DNA of 64,000 nucleotides, taken from the NCBI GenBank assembly GCA_038142145.1, contig JAYQJM010000005.1, forward strand, positions 366,114 through 430,113, read 5' to 3'. Below the pieces are notes generated by a model. It saw only the letters and a program-made list of their open reading frames with translations. It was not told where the DNA came from and searched no databases. Positions 9,729 through 19,577 of the stretch are shown here, piece by piece. Source of the DNA: Candidatus Actinomarina sp. (GTDB lineage Bacteria; Actinomycetota; Acidimicrobiia; Actinomarinales; Actinomarinaceae). How positions within the stretch are numbered: the first letter of the stretch is position 1; each line of letters begins with the position of its first letter. The position numbers were made by a program, and so were the translations under genes.

Positions 9729-10370
9729 GTGAAAATTTCTAAACAAGAAAAAGCTAATAAAATTCTTAAGATATTAGAGAATTATTATCCTCAAACTCCA
9801 GTGCCATTGAAACATAACAGTCCTTATACTCTTCTAATTGCAGTTTTGCTTTCAGCTCAATGTACTGATGAAAGGGTTAACAAAATAACTCCAATTTTGT
9901 TTAAGAAGGCTAACACTCCAATCAAAATGGCTAAATTAAAAGTATCCGACATTGAAAAAATAATAAGACCATGCGGGCTATCACCTCAAAAATCTAAAGC
10001 AATATCAAAATTATCAAAAATACTAGTTTCTGATTTTAACTCTAGAGTACCTAGAGACTTAGAGGCTTTAGAAGCATTACCCGGTGTAGGACATAAAACC
10101 GCATCTGTATTAGTAAGTCAAGCTTATGGAACTCCTGCTTTTCCAGTCGACACTCATATTCACAGACTTGCCTGGAGATGGGGATTGTCAACAGGGAAGA
10201 ATGTAAAAAAAACAGAAGAAGATTTAAAAAAATTATTTCCAATTGAGAAATGGAACAAATTGCATCTTCAAATAATTTTCTATGGACGTGAGTTTTGTCC
10301 TGCAAGAGGTCACAACTTAGAAAATTGTATTATTTGTACAAAATTTAGAAGAAAAACAAACTTTAAGTAA
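9729..10370 (+). CDS. nth: Endonuclease III (DNA glycosylase/AP lyase)
   Basis: 213 aa with the HhH-GPD motif LEALPGVGHKTASV, a catalytic Lys/Asp region, and a C-terminal Cys cluster CPARGHNLENCIIC. Confidence 0.9.
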   Translation: MKISKQEKANKILKILENYYPQTPVPLKHNSPYTLLIAVLLSAQCTDERVNKITPILFKKANTPIKMAKLKVSDIEKIIRPCGLSPQKSKAISKLSKILVSDFNSRVPRDLEALEALPGVGHKTASVLVSQAYGTPAFPVDTHIHRLAWRWGLSTGKNVKKTEEDLKKLFPIEKWNKLHLQIIFYGREFCPARGHNLENCIICTKFRRKTNFK

Positions 10371-10415
10371 AAAGTTAATTTTAACGATTGTTTTCACATC
10401 TGTTTAAATTGATAT

Positions 10416-11123
10416 ATGGAACTCAATATTTTAATTTCTTTTGGATTTGGGGTGTTATCTTTTTTCTCGCCTTGTGTTCTCCCAATCGTCCCTGGTTTTT
10501 TTGCATCTTTTTCTCTTGAAAAAAACAATAAATCCAAAAAAATATGGAGTTCACTACAGTTTGTTTTAGGTTTTTCTTTTGTATTCATCTCATTAGGCGC
10601 ACTTGCAACATCACTAGGATCTTTTTTTACAAGAAATTCTTCAGCTTTAGGGCAAGTAAGTGGTGTAGTAATTATTTTGTTTGGATTATTTTTGTTATTT
10701 CCTAATTTAAATACTCGTTACTTCTATGGTGAAAATATTTTTAAATTTGGAAATATTAATAAATTTAAGTTCTTAATTATGGGTTTTGCATTCGGGTTTG
10801 GCTTTACACCATGTATTGGTCCTGTATTAGGTGCTTTACTAGCCCTCTCTTCTAATGCTGAAACAATAAATATTGGTGTCACATATCTTTTGTATTTTTC
10901 TTTAGGTATGGGCCTACCGTTTTTAATATCTGGTTTTCTGATAGATAAAATAAATTTAAATAATTCATTATTTAGAAATATTCAAAAATATTCAAGCTCT
11001 TTGTCTGGATTAATTCTTATATCTATAGGTTTTTTAATCTTTACAGACAGAATGTATATTTTAGCTTCTTTTTTTCAAGACCTTTTACTAGCACTAAATT
11101 TGGACAGGCTAAGCAATATATAG
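10416..11123 (+). CDS. ccdA: Cytochrome c biogenesis / thiol-disulfide transfer membrane protein CcdA (DsbD family)
   Basis: 235 aa, six TM segments, with FSPCVLPIVPGF and a second motif FTPCIGPVLG. Confidence 0.85.
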   Translation: MELNILISFGFGVLSFFSPCVLPIVPGFFASFSLEKNNKSKKIWSSLQFVLGFSFVFISLGALATSLGSFFTRNSSALGQVSGVVIILFGLFLLFPNLNTRYFYGENIFKFGNINKFKFLIMGFAFGFGFTPCIGPVLGALLALSSNAETINIGVTYLLYFSLGMGLPFLISGFLIDKINLNNSLFRNIQKYSSSLSGLILISIGFLIFTDRMYILASFFQDLLLALNLDRLSNI

Positions 11124-11125
11124 TT

Positions 11126-11701
11126 ATGAATAGATTTACTGTAAACAAATCCTTGATTATTAAAGGTAAAGATACAATTAGTTTTGTTGATTCATTAATT
11201 TCGAACTCATTAAAAGATGGGGTGCCTAAATTCTCATATTTGCTTTCTCCAGATGGAAAGGTAAGTTCCTGGTTTATTGTTTATCAAGCAGGGTCTGAGG
11301 TATTTATTTTTCAAGATAATGATAAATTAATTCAGATAAAAGAATTTCTATTAAAGTACAAGTTTCGTACGGATTGCAATTTAGATTTAATAGATGTTCA
11401 GTACTCATTTGATATTACAACTAAAGAAAATGAATTATTAATAAATCTGATAGAAGAAAAAAATGAAATTGCAAATTTTCTTGAACTTGAAACTCAATTT
11501 GATTTACCGTCTAAAAGCATCATAGAAAAAGGATTAATGCCTAATGAAATTCTTTGGTTAGAATCTTTTGTTGATTATTTCAAAGGTTGTTTTATTGGAC
11601 AGGAGCAAACGTCTAGAGTTAAATACAGAGGCAGACCTAGACGTATATTAAAAACATTACCTGACGGATCACAAGTAATTGACAAAATTACAAATGAATA
11701 A
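11126..11701 (+). CDS. ygfZ: YgfZ/GcvT-like folate-binding protein (short form)
   Basis: 191 aa with the C-terminal signature KGCFIGQEQTSRVKYRG, which matches K-G-C-[YF]-x-G-Q-E. Confidence 0.55.
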   Translation: MNRFTVNKSLIIKGKDTISFVDSLISNSLKDGVPKFSYLLSPDGKVSSWFIVYQAGSEVFIFQDNDKLIQIKEFLLKYKFRTDCNLDLIDVQYSFDITTKENELLINLIEEKNEIANFLELETQFDLPSKSIIEKGLMPNEILWLESFVDYFKGCFIGQEQTSRVKYRGRPRRILKTLPDGSQVIDKITNE

Positions 11702-12005
11702 TCAAAGATGTGATTTTTGTGCTCGAATTTTATTTAAAAATGTATCAGGCACATACAAATTGTGTTCAAAAAAGTGTAAAACTTATTTTAAAAATAAATC
11801 AAAAATAGAAATTATTGACAAAGCATTTCAGAACACAAATATACATGAATGGACTCAAATCAGTAATTTAATTAATTTAATCAATGGATATGATAAGTTT
11901 GAAAAAATTGCATCTATTTCAAGGTTGATATATTTTGAAAAAATATTGTTACTAAAGAACACAAATGAACTTAATTTGAAATCTGAAGTTAAAGTGAAAA
12001 AATAG
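11694..12005 (+). CDS. Hypothetical zinc-ribbon protein
   Basis: An ATG at 11694 overlaps the ygfZ stop (ATGAATAA). The product starts MNNQRCDFCARI...CSKKC. The track's earlier TTG start at 11679 seems less likely. Confidence 0.4.
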   Translation: MNNQRCDFCARILFKNVSGTYKLCSKKCKTYFKNKSKIEIIDKAFQNTNIHEWTQISNLINLINGYDKFEKIASISRLIYFEKILLLKNTNELNLKSEVKVKK

Positions 12006-12591
12006 CACCTCTGTCAAACTTCTTTAATGAAATTTGAACTATCGGTCCAACTGCTAATACCATAAAAATTGTACCTAATCCGTAAGATCCACCAAGTAAT
12101 ACACCTACAATAAATGCTGTAAAGTCTATAGCTATTCTTGTAACTCTTATGCTAGGACCTAACTTAGAAATCCCTACCATTATTCCATCGCGTGGACCCG
12201 GACCTAAACCAGCCCCAACATAAACCCCTACACCTGCTGCAAAACAAACTGTTCCAAATGTTAAATAAACTATTCTCACTATCATGTCAACCGGTTCATT
12301 TAAAAAGTACATTGTAAGATCAATTACATTTCCAATGATCAATATATTTAAGATGGTTCCAATGAAGGGTTTCTGCTTTAAAGGTATCCAGCCTAGTAAG
12401 ATGATAAATCCAGTAATTACACCTGCGAATCCAATTTTAATATTTAATAATTTACTAAACCCATCGTGAAATACATCCCAAGAATTAAGTCCTAGATTAG
12501 CTTCTATTGTAAATGCAAGCCCAAATCCACACATTACTAGTCCTGCAATTAGTTGTGGAAGTCTATATACGATTTTTTTATTAATTTCCAT
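11989..12591 (-). CDS. YczE/YitT-like integral membrane protein
   Basis: 200 aa with 5-6 TM segments. The N-terminal LGLNSWDVFHDGFS resembles the YczE family. Confidence 0.45.
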   Translation of the reverse strand: MEINKKIVYRLPQLIAGLVMCGFGLAFTIEANLGLNSWDVFHDGFSKLLNIKIGFAGVITGFIILLGWIPLKQKPFIGTILNILIIGNVIDLTMYFLNEPVDMIVRIVYLTFGTVCFAAGVGVYVGAGLGPGPRDGIMVGISKLGPSIRVTRIAIDFTAFIVGVLLGGSYGLGTIFMVLAVGPIVQISLKKFDRGAIFSL

Positions 12592-12958
12592 TAAAAATAT
12601 TTTCTAGAAACTCAATGTTTTCTGGACAGATTTCATAAATTGATTGAAATCTAAAAATTGGAATAAGTCTATTATCTTCATTGTCAAGGTTTGCCGAGAC
12701 ATTAATTATTTCGTAAATTTTACCTATTGAATCTTTCTGGTCTACCCATGAGGAAGAAGATATACAAATATTTTTTCCTATTTCAGTTAACTGTTCATCT
12801 TCAAGCATTGCTAAGTTGTTATTTGTGTCAGCAAGTCTAATGTTCTCAATAAATGTAGCTTCTGTAGTATTTTGATTAAACGCTTGATAAAAAATAAAAA
12901 TAGACATTGCAGTCATTGATACAATCAAAACAATTTTTAGAGATTTGCTATTAGACAT
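12581..12958 (-). CDS. Hypothetical membrane-anchored/secreted protein (125 aa, two Cys)
   Basis: It has an N-terminal signal-anchor (IVLIVSMTAMSIFIFY) followed by a soluble domain. Confidence 0.4.
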   Translation of the reverse strand: MSNSKSLKIVLIVSMTAMSIFIFYQAFNQNTTEATFIENIRLADTNNNLAMLEDEQLTEIGKNICISSSSWVDQKDSIGKIYEIINVSANLDNEDNRLIPIFRFQSIYEICPENIEFLENIFNGN

Positions 12959-12991
12959 AGTTTGATAATAGTAATTAAAATTTTTTTATAG

Positions 12992-13073
12992 TACCCGGAG
13001 AGGGAGTCGAACCCTCACATCCGAAGATACTGGATTTTGAATCCAGCGCGTCTGCCAATTCCGCCATCCGGGC
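12992..13073 (-). tRNA. tRNA-Leu (anticodon CAA), class II with a long variable arm; CCA not encoded
   Basis: The reverse complement is GCCCGGATGGCGGAATTGGCAGACGCGCTGGATTCAAAATCCAGTATCTTCGGATGTGAGGGTTCGACTCCCTCTCCGGGTA. The anticodon stem is CTGGA/TCCAG with loop TTCAAAA. The T arm is GAGGG-TTCGACT-CCCTC. Confidence 0.9.
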
Positions 13074-13138
13074 ATATTTTGATTATATTTGATATCTAGA
13101 TGAATGTAAGAAAATTATTATAAGTTTAAACTTGAATA

Positions 13139-15631
13139 ATGAATTTATTAATTGATGGGCACAGCATTGCATTTAGGGCTTTTTATGCATTACCCGAAAC
13201 ACTTGTAACTTCTAAAGGTTTTCCTACAAATGTTATACACGGCTTTTTAATGATGTTGTCAAAGCTCACATCTACTTATGATTGCAATAAGCTTATTGTT
13301 ACATGGGATGTTTCAAAAAGTACTTTTAGAACTGAGATGTACAAAGAATATAAAGGTAATAGAAAATCTGCTCCAGATAATTTTAAGATTCAAATTAAAG
13401 CACTACAACAAATTCTGTCAGAATTTAAAATCCCACAGATTTCATTAGATGGTTTTGAAGCAGATGATGTTCTAGGTACTTTATCAAAACAATTTGATGA
13501 GAAAGAAGAGAAAACACTTATCGTAACGGGTGACAGAGATTCTTATCAATTAATTTCAAAAAATATAAACATACTTTATACCAAAAGAGGAATATCAAAT
13601 ACTGATACATATGATGAAAAGTTATTTATTGAAAAGTTTCAAATTAATGTTGAACAATATATTGAATATCTTGCATTAAAAGGAGATCCTTCTGATAATA
13701 TTCCTGGTTTACCTGGAGTCGGTGAAAAAACAGCAATCAATCTTTTGCTTGAACACAAAAACATAAAGAATATTTATAACAATTTAGGAACTTTAACACC
13801 TAAATTACAACAAACTTTTTCAGAAAATAGTGAACTTCTAGAGTTAAGCAAAAAATTAGCGACTATTAAAAGAGATTTAGAGATTGAAATACCTGAGGTA
13901 AATTTTTCAGAGACCATATTTAAAAACAATAATGTTTTAGATAGTTCTGCTGATTTAATAAATGAATATGAATTGAACAGTTTTTTCAAAAATACTAAAG
14001 ATAAAACACCTGTCTCTAAAAATGAGATAGATGAATTGATAACGTATGAAAATAAAATAAAGCACGAATCATTTGTTTTTAATTATCAAGATAAGAATAT
14101 ATTTGTAAATGAAAAAGAAGTAGGGATATTCACTTCATTAGAGCAATTTAAAAATCCCATCTCACTAACTTCGCAAAAATTGTTAAATAATCTTTCAACT
14201 ATTAAACAAGATTTTACGGCATTTGATTGTATGTTGTTTCTTAACGATCCAAGTACAAGACCAGATAACTTAATAAATATTATCAAAGTTATAAATCCAT
14301 CTGAATTTGTCGATAAGAAAACTACAGACGCAGAATTCGCAAACATTATCCAAAAAAATTATAAAAATTTTATTACTCAATATGCAAAAATCTCCAAAGA
14401 TAAAACATTAATGAATATTTACAAATCAATTGACTTTCCAGTCATGCATGTACTTGCAAAAATGGAAAATTTAGGAGTTAATGTTTCACTTTCTAAAATG
14501 AAAAAGTTGTCAAAGCAGCTCGTTAAAGATTTATCCGATATCGAGAAAGATATTATAAAAATTTCTAAAAAAGATTTTAATATAAATTCTCCAAAACAAT
14601 TGGCAGAAGTTTTATATGAAGATTTGAAAATGCCTATTGTAAAAACAACACCAAAAGGTGCTCCATCTACTGATGCATCAGTCCTTGAAGAGTTGTCAAA
14701 AAAATATGAATTACCTAAATTAATTTTAAGTTATAGAGAATTGGAAAAAATTAGATCAACATATGTAGATGGTTTGATTCCTCTTGTATCAAATGAATCT
14801 AAGATTCATACACATTACAATTTGTTTGGCACAGCAACTGGTAGATTGTCATCTGAGCAGCCAAATTTACAAAACATACCAAATAAATCAAAGATAGGTC
14901 AAAAAATTAGAGATTTCTTCATACCAACTGAAGGCTGTAGTTTTATCATTTCAGATTATTCTCAAATTGAACTTAGAGTTCTTGCACACTTGAGTGGTGA
15001 TAAAAATATGGTTTCTATTTTGCAAAAAAGAGAATCTGATATTCATTCAGAAACAGCGTCAAAAATATTTAATACATCACTTAGTAAAGTTGATAAAAAT
15101 ATGAGACGTAAAGCCAAAGAAGTAAATTTTGGTTTGATATACGGAATGGAAGCATTTGGTTTATCTAAAAGTTTAAAAATAAGCCAGAAAGAAGCCTCTG
15201 AACTTATAGAAGCTTATTTTTTGCAATTTCCAAAAATTAAAGGGTTTTTAGATGACATTGTTAAAAATGCTGAAAAGAACACCTATACAGAAACTTTAAG
15301 TGGAAGAAAGCGATATGTGAGAGAATTGAGTTCTAGTAATTTTCAAGTAAAAAGTATGGGGAAAAGGATTGCTATGAACGCCCCAATTCAAGGAACCGCA
15401 GCAGATATTATGAAAATTGCCATGATAAAAGTTGATGAATATTTAAAGCAATCTGGTCACGGACAATTAATTTTACAAATTCATGATGAAATAGTTGTTC
15501 AGGTAGAAAATAGATTTGCCGATAGCGCAATGGAGGAAATTACAAAAGAAATGGAAAACGCTTATAACCTCAAAGTTCCTATTTTTGTTAATTCAAAAAT
15601 TTCTAATTCTTTGGCAAATTTTAATAATTAG
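13139..15631 (+). CDS. polA: DNA polymerase I (5' nuclease plus a vestigial exo-like linker plus the polymerase domain)
   Basis: 830 aa. It has an N-terminal FEN-like domain (LIDGHSIAFRAFYA, GDRDSYQL), the polymerase motifs DYSQIELRVLAHLS, RRKAKEVNFGLIYG and QIHDEIV, and no obvious DxE ExoI motif in the middle region. Confidence 0.95.
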   Translation: MNLLIDGHSIAFRAFYALPETLVTSKGFPTNVIHGFLMMLSKLTSTYDCNKLIVTWDVSKSTFRTEMYKEYKGNRKSAPDNFKIQIKALQQILSEFKIPQISLDGFEADDVLGTLSKQFDEKEEKTLIVTGDRDSYQLISKNINILYTKRGISNTDTYDEKLFIEKFQINVEQYIEYLALKGDPSDNIPGLPGVGEKTAINLLLEHKNIKNIYNNLGTLTPKLQQTFSENSELLELSKKLATIKRDLEIEIPEVNFSETIFKNNNVLDSSADLINEYELNSFFKNTKDKTPVSKNEIDELITYENKIKHESFVFNYQDKNIFVNEKEVGIFTSLEQFKNPISLTSQKLLNNLSTIKQDFTAFDCMLFLNDPSTRPDNLINIIKVINPSEFVDKKTTDAEFANIIQKNYKNFITQYAKISKDKTLMNIYKSIDFPVMHVLAKMENLGVNVSLSKMKKLSKQLVKDLSDIEKDIIKISKKDFNINSPKQLAEVLYEDLKMPIVKTTPKGAPSTDASVLEELSKKYELPKLILSYRELEKIRSTYVDGLIPLVSNESKIHTHYNLFGTATGRLSSEQPNLQNIPNKSKIGQKIRDFFIPTEGCSFIISDYSQIELRVLAHLSGDKNMVSILQKRESDIHSETASKIFNTSLSKVDKNMRRKAKEVNFGLIYGMEAFGLSKSLKISQKEASELIEAYFLQFPKIKGFLDDIVKNAEKNTYTETLSGRKRYVRELSSSNFQVKSMGKRIAMNAPIQGTAADIMKIAMIKVDEYLKQSGHGQLILQIHDEIVVQVENRFADSAMEEITKEMENAYNLKVPIFVNSKISNSLANFNN

Positions 15632-15696
15632 TTTGTAAATAACACAGATATGTTATTCTTATTCACGCAATACTATGATTGGAAAAAAAATTTTAA

Positions 15697-16965
15697 ATGG
15701 TAGATAATAATCAAGGTGACACACAGCCTTCAAATGTGGTATCTCTTCCTGATGATATAAAACCTGAAGACTTTCCCGAACTACTCGAGCAAACACTTAT
15801 TACTTTTAATGATGGTGACGTTATTGAAGGAACCATTGTTCGTATTGATAGAAATGAAGTTATGGTTGATGTTGGCTATAAATCTGAAGGAGTTATACCT
15901 TCAAGAGAGTTATCTGTAAGAAAAGGTGTTAATCCTAAAGAACTTGTAAACGAGGGTGATAAAATTCAAGCCCTAGTTCTTGACAAAGAAGATGATGAAG
16001 GAAGATTGATTCTCTCAGTAAAACGTGCTGTGTATGAAAAAGCATGGGGCGATATTCAAGAAATTGCAAATAACAACAAATCAATTAAAGGTACGGTCAT
16101 AGAGTCTGTAAAAGGCGGCTTGATTGTAGATATTGGAGTGAGGGGATTTTTACCTGCTTCACTTATTGACGTTAGGAGAGTTAAAGAACTGACATCTTAT
16201 ATTGGTGAGGAAATTGAGGCAAAAATTTTAGAATTAGATAGACAAAGAAATAACATTGTCCTATCAAGAAAAGCTCATTTAGAAGAAGAACAATCAGAAG
16301 AAAGACAAGGATTTCTTGATGACTTACAAGTTGGAGATGTAAGAGAAGGAAAAATTTCCTCTATTGTTAGTTTTGGTGCATTTGTTGATATAGGTGGAAT
16401 GGATGGACTTGTTCACGTGTCAGAACTTTCATGGAGACATGTAGAAAACCCAAATGAAATTGTAAAAGTTGGTGATAAAGCTACAGTCAAGGTTCTAGAA
16501 ATTGACAATGACAAAGAGCGAATTTCACTTTCAATTAAACAAGTTAACGAAGACCCATGGTTAGATTTTGAACTTCATTATAAAGATGGAGATGTTGTAG
16601 AAGGTGAAGTTACTAAAGTAGTGCCTTTTGGTGCATTTATAACTATAGGCAAAGGAGTCGAAGGTTTAGTTCATGTGTCTGAAATTGCAGCTGAGAAAGT
16701 TGACTCTCCTGAAATGGCACTTGCCCTTGGTCAAAAAGTAAGTGTTAAAATTACCGAGTTAGACGTAGAGAAAAGAAGAGTAAGTTTATCTATTAAGCAA
16801 GCTGATCCAAACTGGAAAGAAGTTGCTAGTAAAAAAGAAACTCCAAAAACTCATTCATCAGAATCAGAAGATCCTACACCAAAAAGACAAACTGTTGATG
16901 GTGTAGATGAATCTCTGGAAAACATTCTGCAAGAACTCAAAGAGCGGGGCATAGGCAACTCGTAA
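15697..16965 (+). CDS. rpsA: 30S ribosomal protein S1 (four S1 domains)
   Basis: 422 aa with repeated S1/OB motifs (G.V....GA.VD.G..GL.H.SE). The polA-rpsA-coaE-uvrB order matches mycobacteria. Confidence 0.95.
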   Translation: MVDNNQGDTQPSNVVSLPDDIKPEDFPELLEQTLITFNDGDVIEGTIVRIDRNEVMVDVGYKSEGVIPSRELSVRKGVNPKELVNEGDKIQALVLDKEDDEGRLILSVKRAVYEKAWGDIQEIANNNKSIKGTVIESVKGGLIVDIGVRGFLPASLIDVRRVKELTSYIGEEIEAKILELDRQRNNIVLSRKAHLEEEQSEERQGFLDDLQVGDVREGKISSIVSFGAFVDIGGMDGLVHVSELSWRHVENPNEIVKVGDKATVKVLEIDNDKERISLSIKQVNEDPWLDFELHYKDGDVVEGEVTKVVPFGAFITIGKGVEGLVHVSEIAAEKVDSPEMALALGQKVSVKITELDVEKRRVSLSIKQADPNWKEVASKKETPKTHSSESEDPTPKRQTVDGVDESLENILQELKERGIGNS

Positions 16966-16989
16966 TTTATTATTTATAATCATCTATAG

Positions 16990-17547
16990 ATGAAAAATAA
17001 TGTCTATTTAATAACTGGCCCCATTGGTAGTGGTAAATCTACAGCACTAGAAATTATCAGTAACTTAGATTTATTTACAGTTGATTTAGATAAGGTTTCA
17101 AATAATATCCTCAACCAAACTGAAAGTTTTAACTTTATAAAAAATAATTTTCCTGACGCAATTGAAAATAATATAATTTCAAAACAAGTTCTTGCAAATA
17201 TAGTGTTTAGTGATGATGAAGAATTAAAGAAATTAGAAAATTATCTACATCCTAGAGTTTTAAATGAATTAGATAAAATAGTCAGTTCTGCTTCAGGTCC
17301 TATCTTTGTAGAAGTTTCAGCACCAAAAACTATACATAGCAACTATGAGGCTTTGGTTATATTTGCTGATAAAGAAGTAAGGGTTGAAAGACTTTTGAGT
17401 AGAGGCATGCAATTAGATGATATAAATAATCGAATTGCAACTCAGCAAGATGATGATTGGTGGTTGAGTTTAGGTAAAGTTATTTACAATAACAATTTTG
17501 AAGATTTTAAAACTGAACTTCTTGAATTTATTAAGGAAGTTACATAA
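16990..17547 (+). CDS. coaE: Dephospho-CoA kinase
   Basis: 185 aa with P-loop GPIGSGKST, in the conserved position between rpsA and uvrB. Confidence 0.82.
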   Translation: MKNNVYLITGPIGSGKSTALEIISNLDLFTVDLDKVSNNILNQTESFNFIKNNFPDAIENNIISKQVLANIVFSDDEELKKLENYLHPRVLNELDKIVSSASGPIFVEVSAPKTIHSNYEALVIFADKEVRVERLLSRGMQLDDINNRIATQQDDDWWLSLGKVIYNNNFEDFKTELLEFIKEVT

Positions 17548-17579
17548 GTTGTTACTTTAATAAATTGATATAATTTTTT

Positions 17580-19577
17580 ATGAAAAAATTTGAAGTTATT
17601 TCAAACTTTTCGCCTAAAGGCGATCAACCTAACGCTATTAAACAATTATATTCTGGTGTTAGTTCAGGAGTAGATTTTCAAACTTTAAAAGGCATTACTG
17701 GATCTGGAAAATCTGCAACTATTGCATGGTTAATCGAAAAGGCTCAAAAACCTTCTTTAGTTTTAGCACCGAATAAAGCTCTTGCAGCTCAATTAGCAAA
17801 TGAATTTCGTCAATTTTTTCCAAAAAATAGGGTAGAGTATTTCGTTTCTTATTATGACTACTATCAACCGGAAGCTTATGTTCCAAGAACGGATACATTT
17901 ATAGAAAAAGATGCAACTATAAATGAAGAAATAGACAGATTGAGACATTCAGCAACAAGTGCTTTACTTTTGAGGGAAGACGTTATAGTTGTATCTTCTG
18001 TGTCTTGCATTTATGGTCTCGGTTCTCCGATAGAGTATAAAAATAAACTTATACCAATTCACAAAAATAAAGAATTTAATATTGAAGATTTACTTCATCA
18101 ATTGATTAAACAGCAATATGTAAGAAATGATCTTGTAGTTCAAAGAGGATCATTTCGATTAAAAGGTGATACATTAGATATTTTTCCAGTTTACGAAGAA
18201 ACAATTTTTAGAATTGAATTTTTTGGTGACGAAGTTGAAGATATCTCAAGAATCGATCCAACAACAGGCGAGATTATGGAGAAATTAACTGAACTAGCAA
18301 TACTTCCTGCATCTCATTATGTAATTTCCGATGAGTCTAAACAAAAGGCTTTAAACCAAATTGAGAAAGATATGTTAATCCAGATTGATAAATTCAACTC
18401 AGAAAATAAACTTCTTGAAGCTCAGAGAATTGAACAAAGAACTCGGTATGACCTTGAAATGATTAGTGAATTAGGCATGTGTTCTGGAATAGAAAATTAT
18501 TCAAGGTATTTTGATGGAAGAAAACAGGGTGAAGCTCCATACACACTGATAGATTTCTTTCCAGAAGATTTTTTAATGATAGTTGATGAAAGTCATATCG
18601 CTATACCTCAAATAAGGGGACAATATGAAGGCGATAAATCCAGAAAATCAACACTTGTTGAGTACGGCTTTAGACTGCCTTCAGCCCTAGACAATAGACC
18701 CCTTAAGTTTGATGAATGGGTTGATAAAGTAAAAAATACAATTCTAGTTTCTGCAACTCCAGGAAAATGGGAAAAAGAGCATTCTAAAACTTTCATAGAG
18801 CAAGTAATTAGACCAACTGGTTTATTAGATCCAAAGATTGTTGTAAAACCTACTGACAATCAAATACAAGATTTGTTAAACGAAATAAATAGTGTCGTCA
18901 GTAATGGAAATAGAGTTCTTGTCACAACACTAACAAAAAAGATGAGTGAAGCATTAAGTGATTATTTATTAAAAGCTGGAATAAAGACAAGATATTTACA
19001 TTCTGATATTGACACATTAGAAAGAATAGAAATCTTAAGAGACTTACGAAAAGGTGATTTTGATGTATTGGTAGGTATCAATCTTTTAAGAGAAGGTTTG
19101 GATTTACCAGAAGTACAACTTGTTGCCATTCTAGACGCTGATAAAGAAGGTTTTTTAAGGTCCGAAACAAGCTTAGTGCAAACAATAGGTAGAGCAGCTA
19201 GAAATCAAGATGGTTATGTAATTATGTATGCAGACAAAATAACTGATTCAATGACATTTGCTATAGAAGAAACAAATAGAAGAAGGATCTTACAAGAAAC
19301 GCATAATAAAAAAAACAATATTACACCTACAACTATTAATAAAGAAATCACTGATATTCTAGAACTTGTTGAAAAAAATAGAACAGTAAACAAATCTAAT
19401 ATTGGTAAAGCAAAGCTTGATTTAACAAACGCAAGCAAAATGGATTTAATTAATTTATCAAAAAACATTGAAAATGAAATGAATGTCGCAGCTGATTTAT
19501 TAGAGTTTGAATTGGCAGCTAGATTAAGGGATGAGTTAAAAGAATTAAGAAAAGAAATTAGTGAATTTGTAGAATGA
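17580..19577 (+). CDS. uvrB: Excinuclease ABC subunit B
   Basis: 665 aa with GITGSGKS, DESH, helicase motifs, and the C-terminal UVR domain (ELAARLRDEL). Confidence 0.97.
   Translation: MKKFEVISNFSPKGDQPNAIKQLYSGVSSGVDFQTLKGITGSGKSATIAWLIEKAQKPSLVLAPNKALAAQLANEFRQFFPKNRVEYFVSYYDYYQPEAYVPRTDTFIEKDATINEEIDRLRHSATSALLLREDVIVVSSVSCIYGLGSPIEYKNKLIPIHKNKEFNIEDLLHQLIKQQYVRNDLVVQRGSFRLKGDTLDIFPVYEETIFRIEFFGDEVEDISRIDPTTGEIMEKLTELAILPASHYVISDESKQKALNQIEKDMLIQIDKFNSENKLLEAQRIEQRTRYDLEMISELGMCSGIENYSRYFDGRKQGEAPYTLIDFFPEDFLMIVDESHIAIPQIRGQYEGDKSRKSTLVEYGFRLPSALDNRPLKFDEWVDKVKNTILVSATPGKWEKEHSKTFIEQVIRPTGLLDPKIVVKPTDNQIQDLLNEINSVVSNGNRVLVTTLTKKMSEALSDYLLKAGIKTRYLHSDIDTLERIEILRDLRKGDFDVLVGINLLREGLDLPEVQLVAILDADKEGFLRSETSLVQTIGRAARNQDGYVIMYADKITDSMTFAIEETNRRRILQETHNKKNNITPTTINKEITDILELVEKNRTVNKSNIGKAKLDLTNASKMDLINLSKNIENEMNVAADLLEFELAARLRDELKELRKEISEFVE

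Noticed and set aside
15638-15657. The hairpin AATAACA-cagata-TGTTATT after polA, as a terminator.
   Set aside because: The stem is all A/T and only 7 bp, there is no following T-run, and such palindromes are expected by chance at this base composition.
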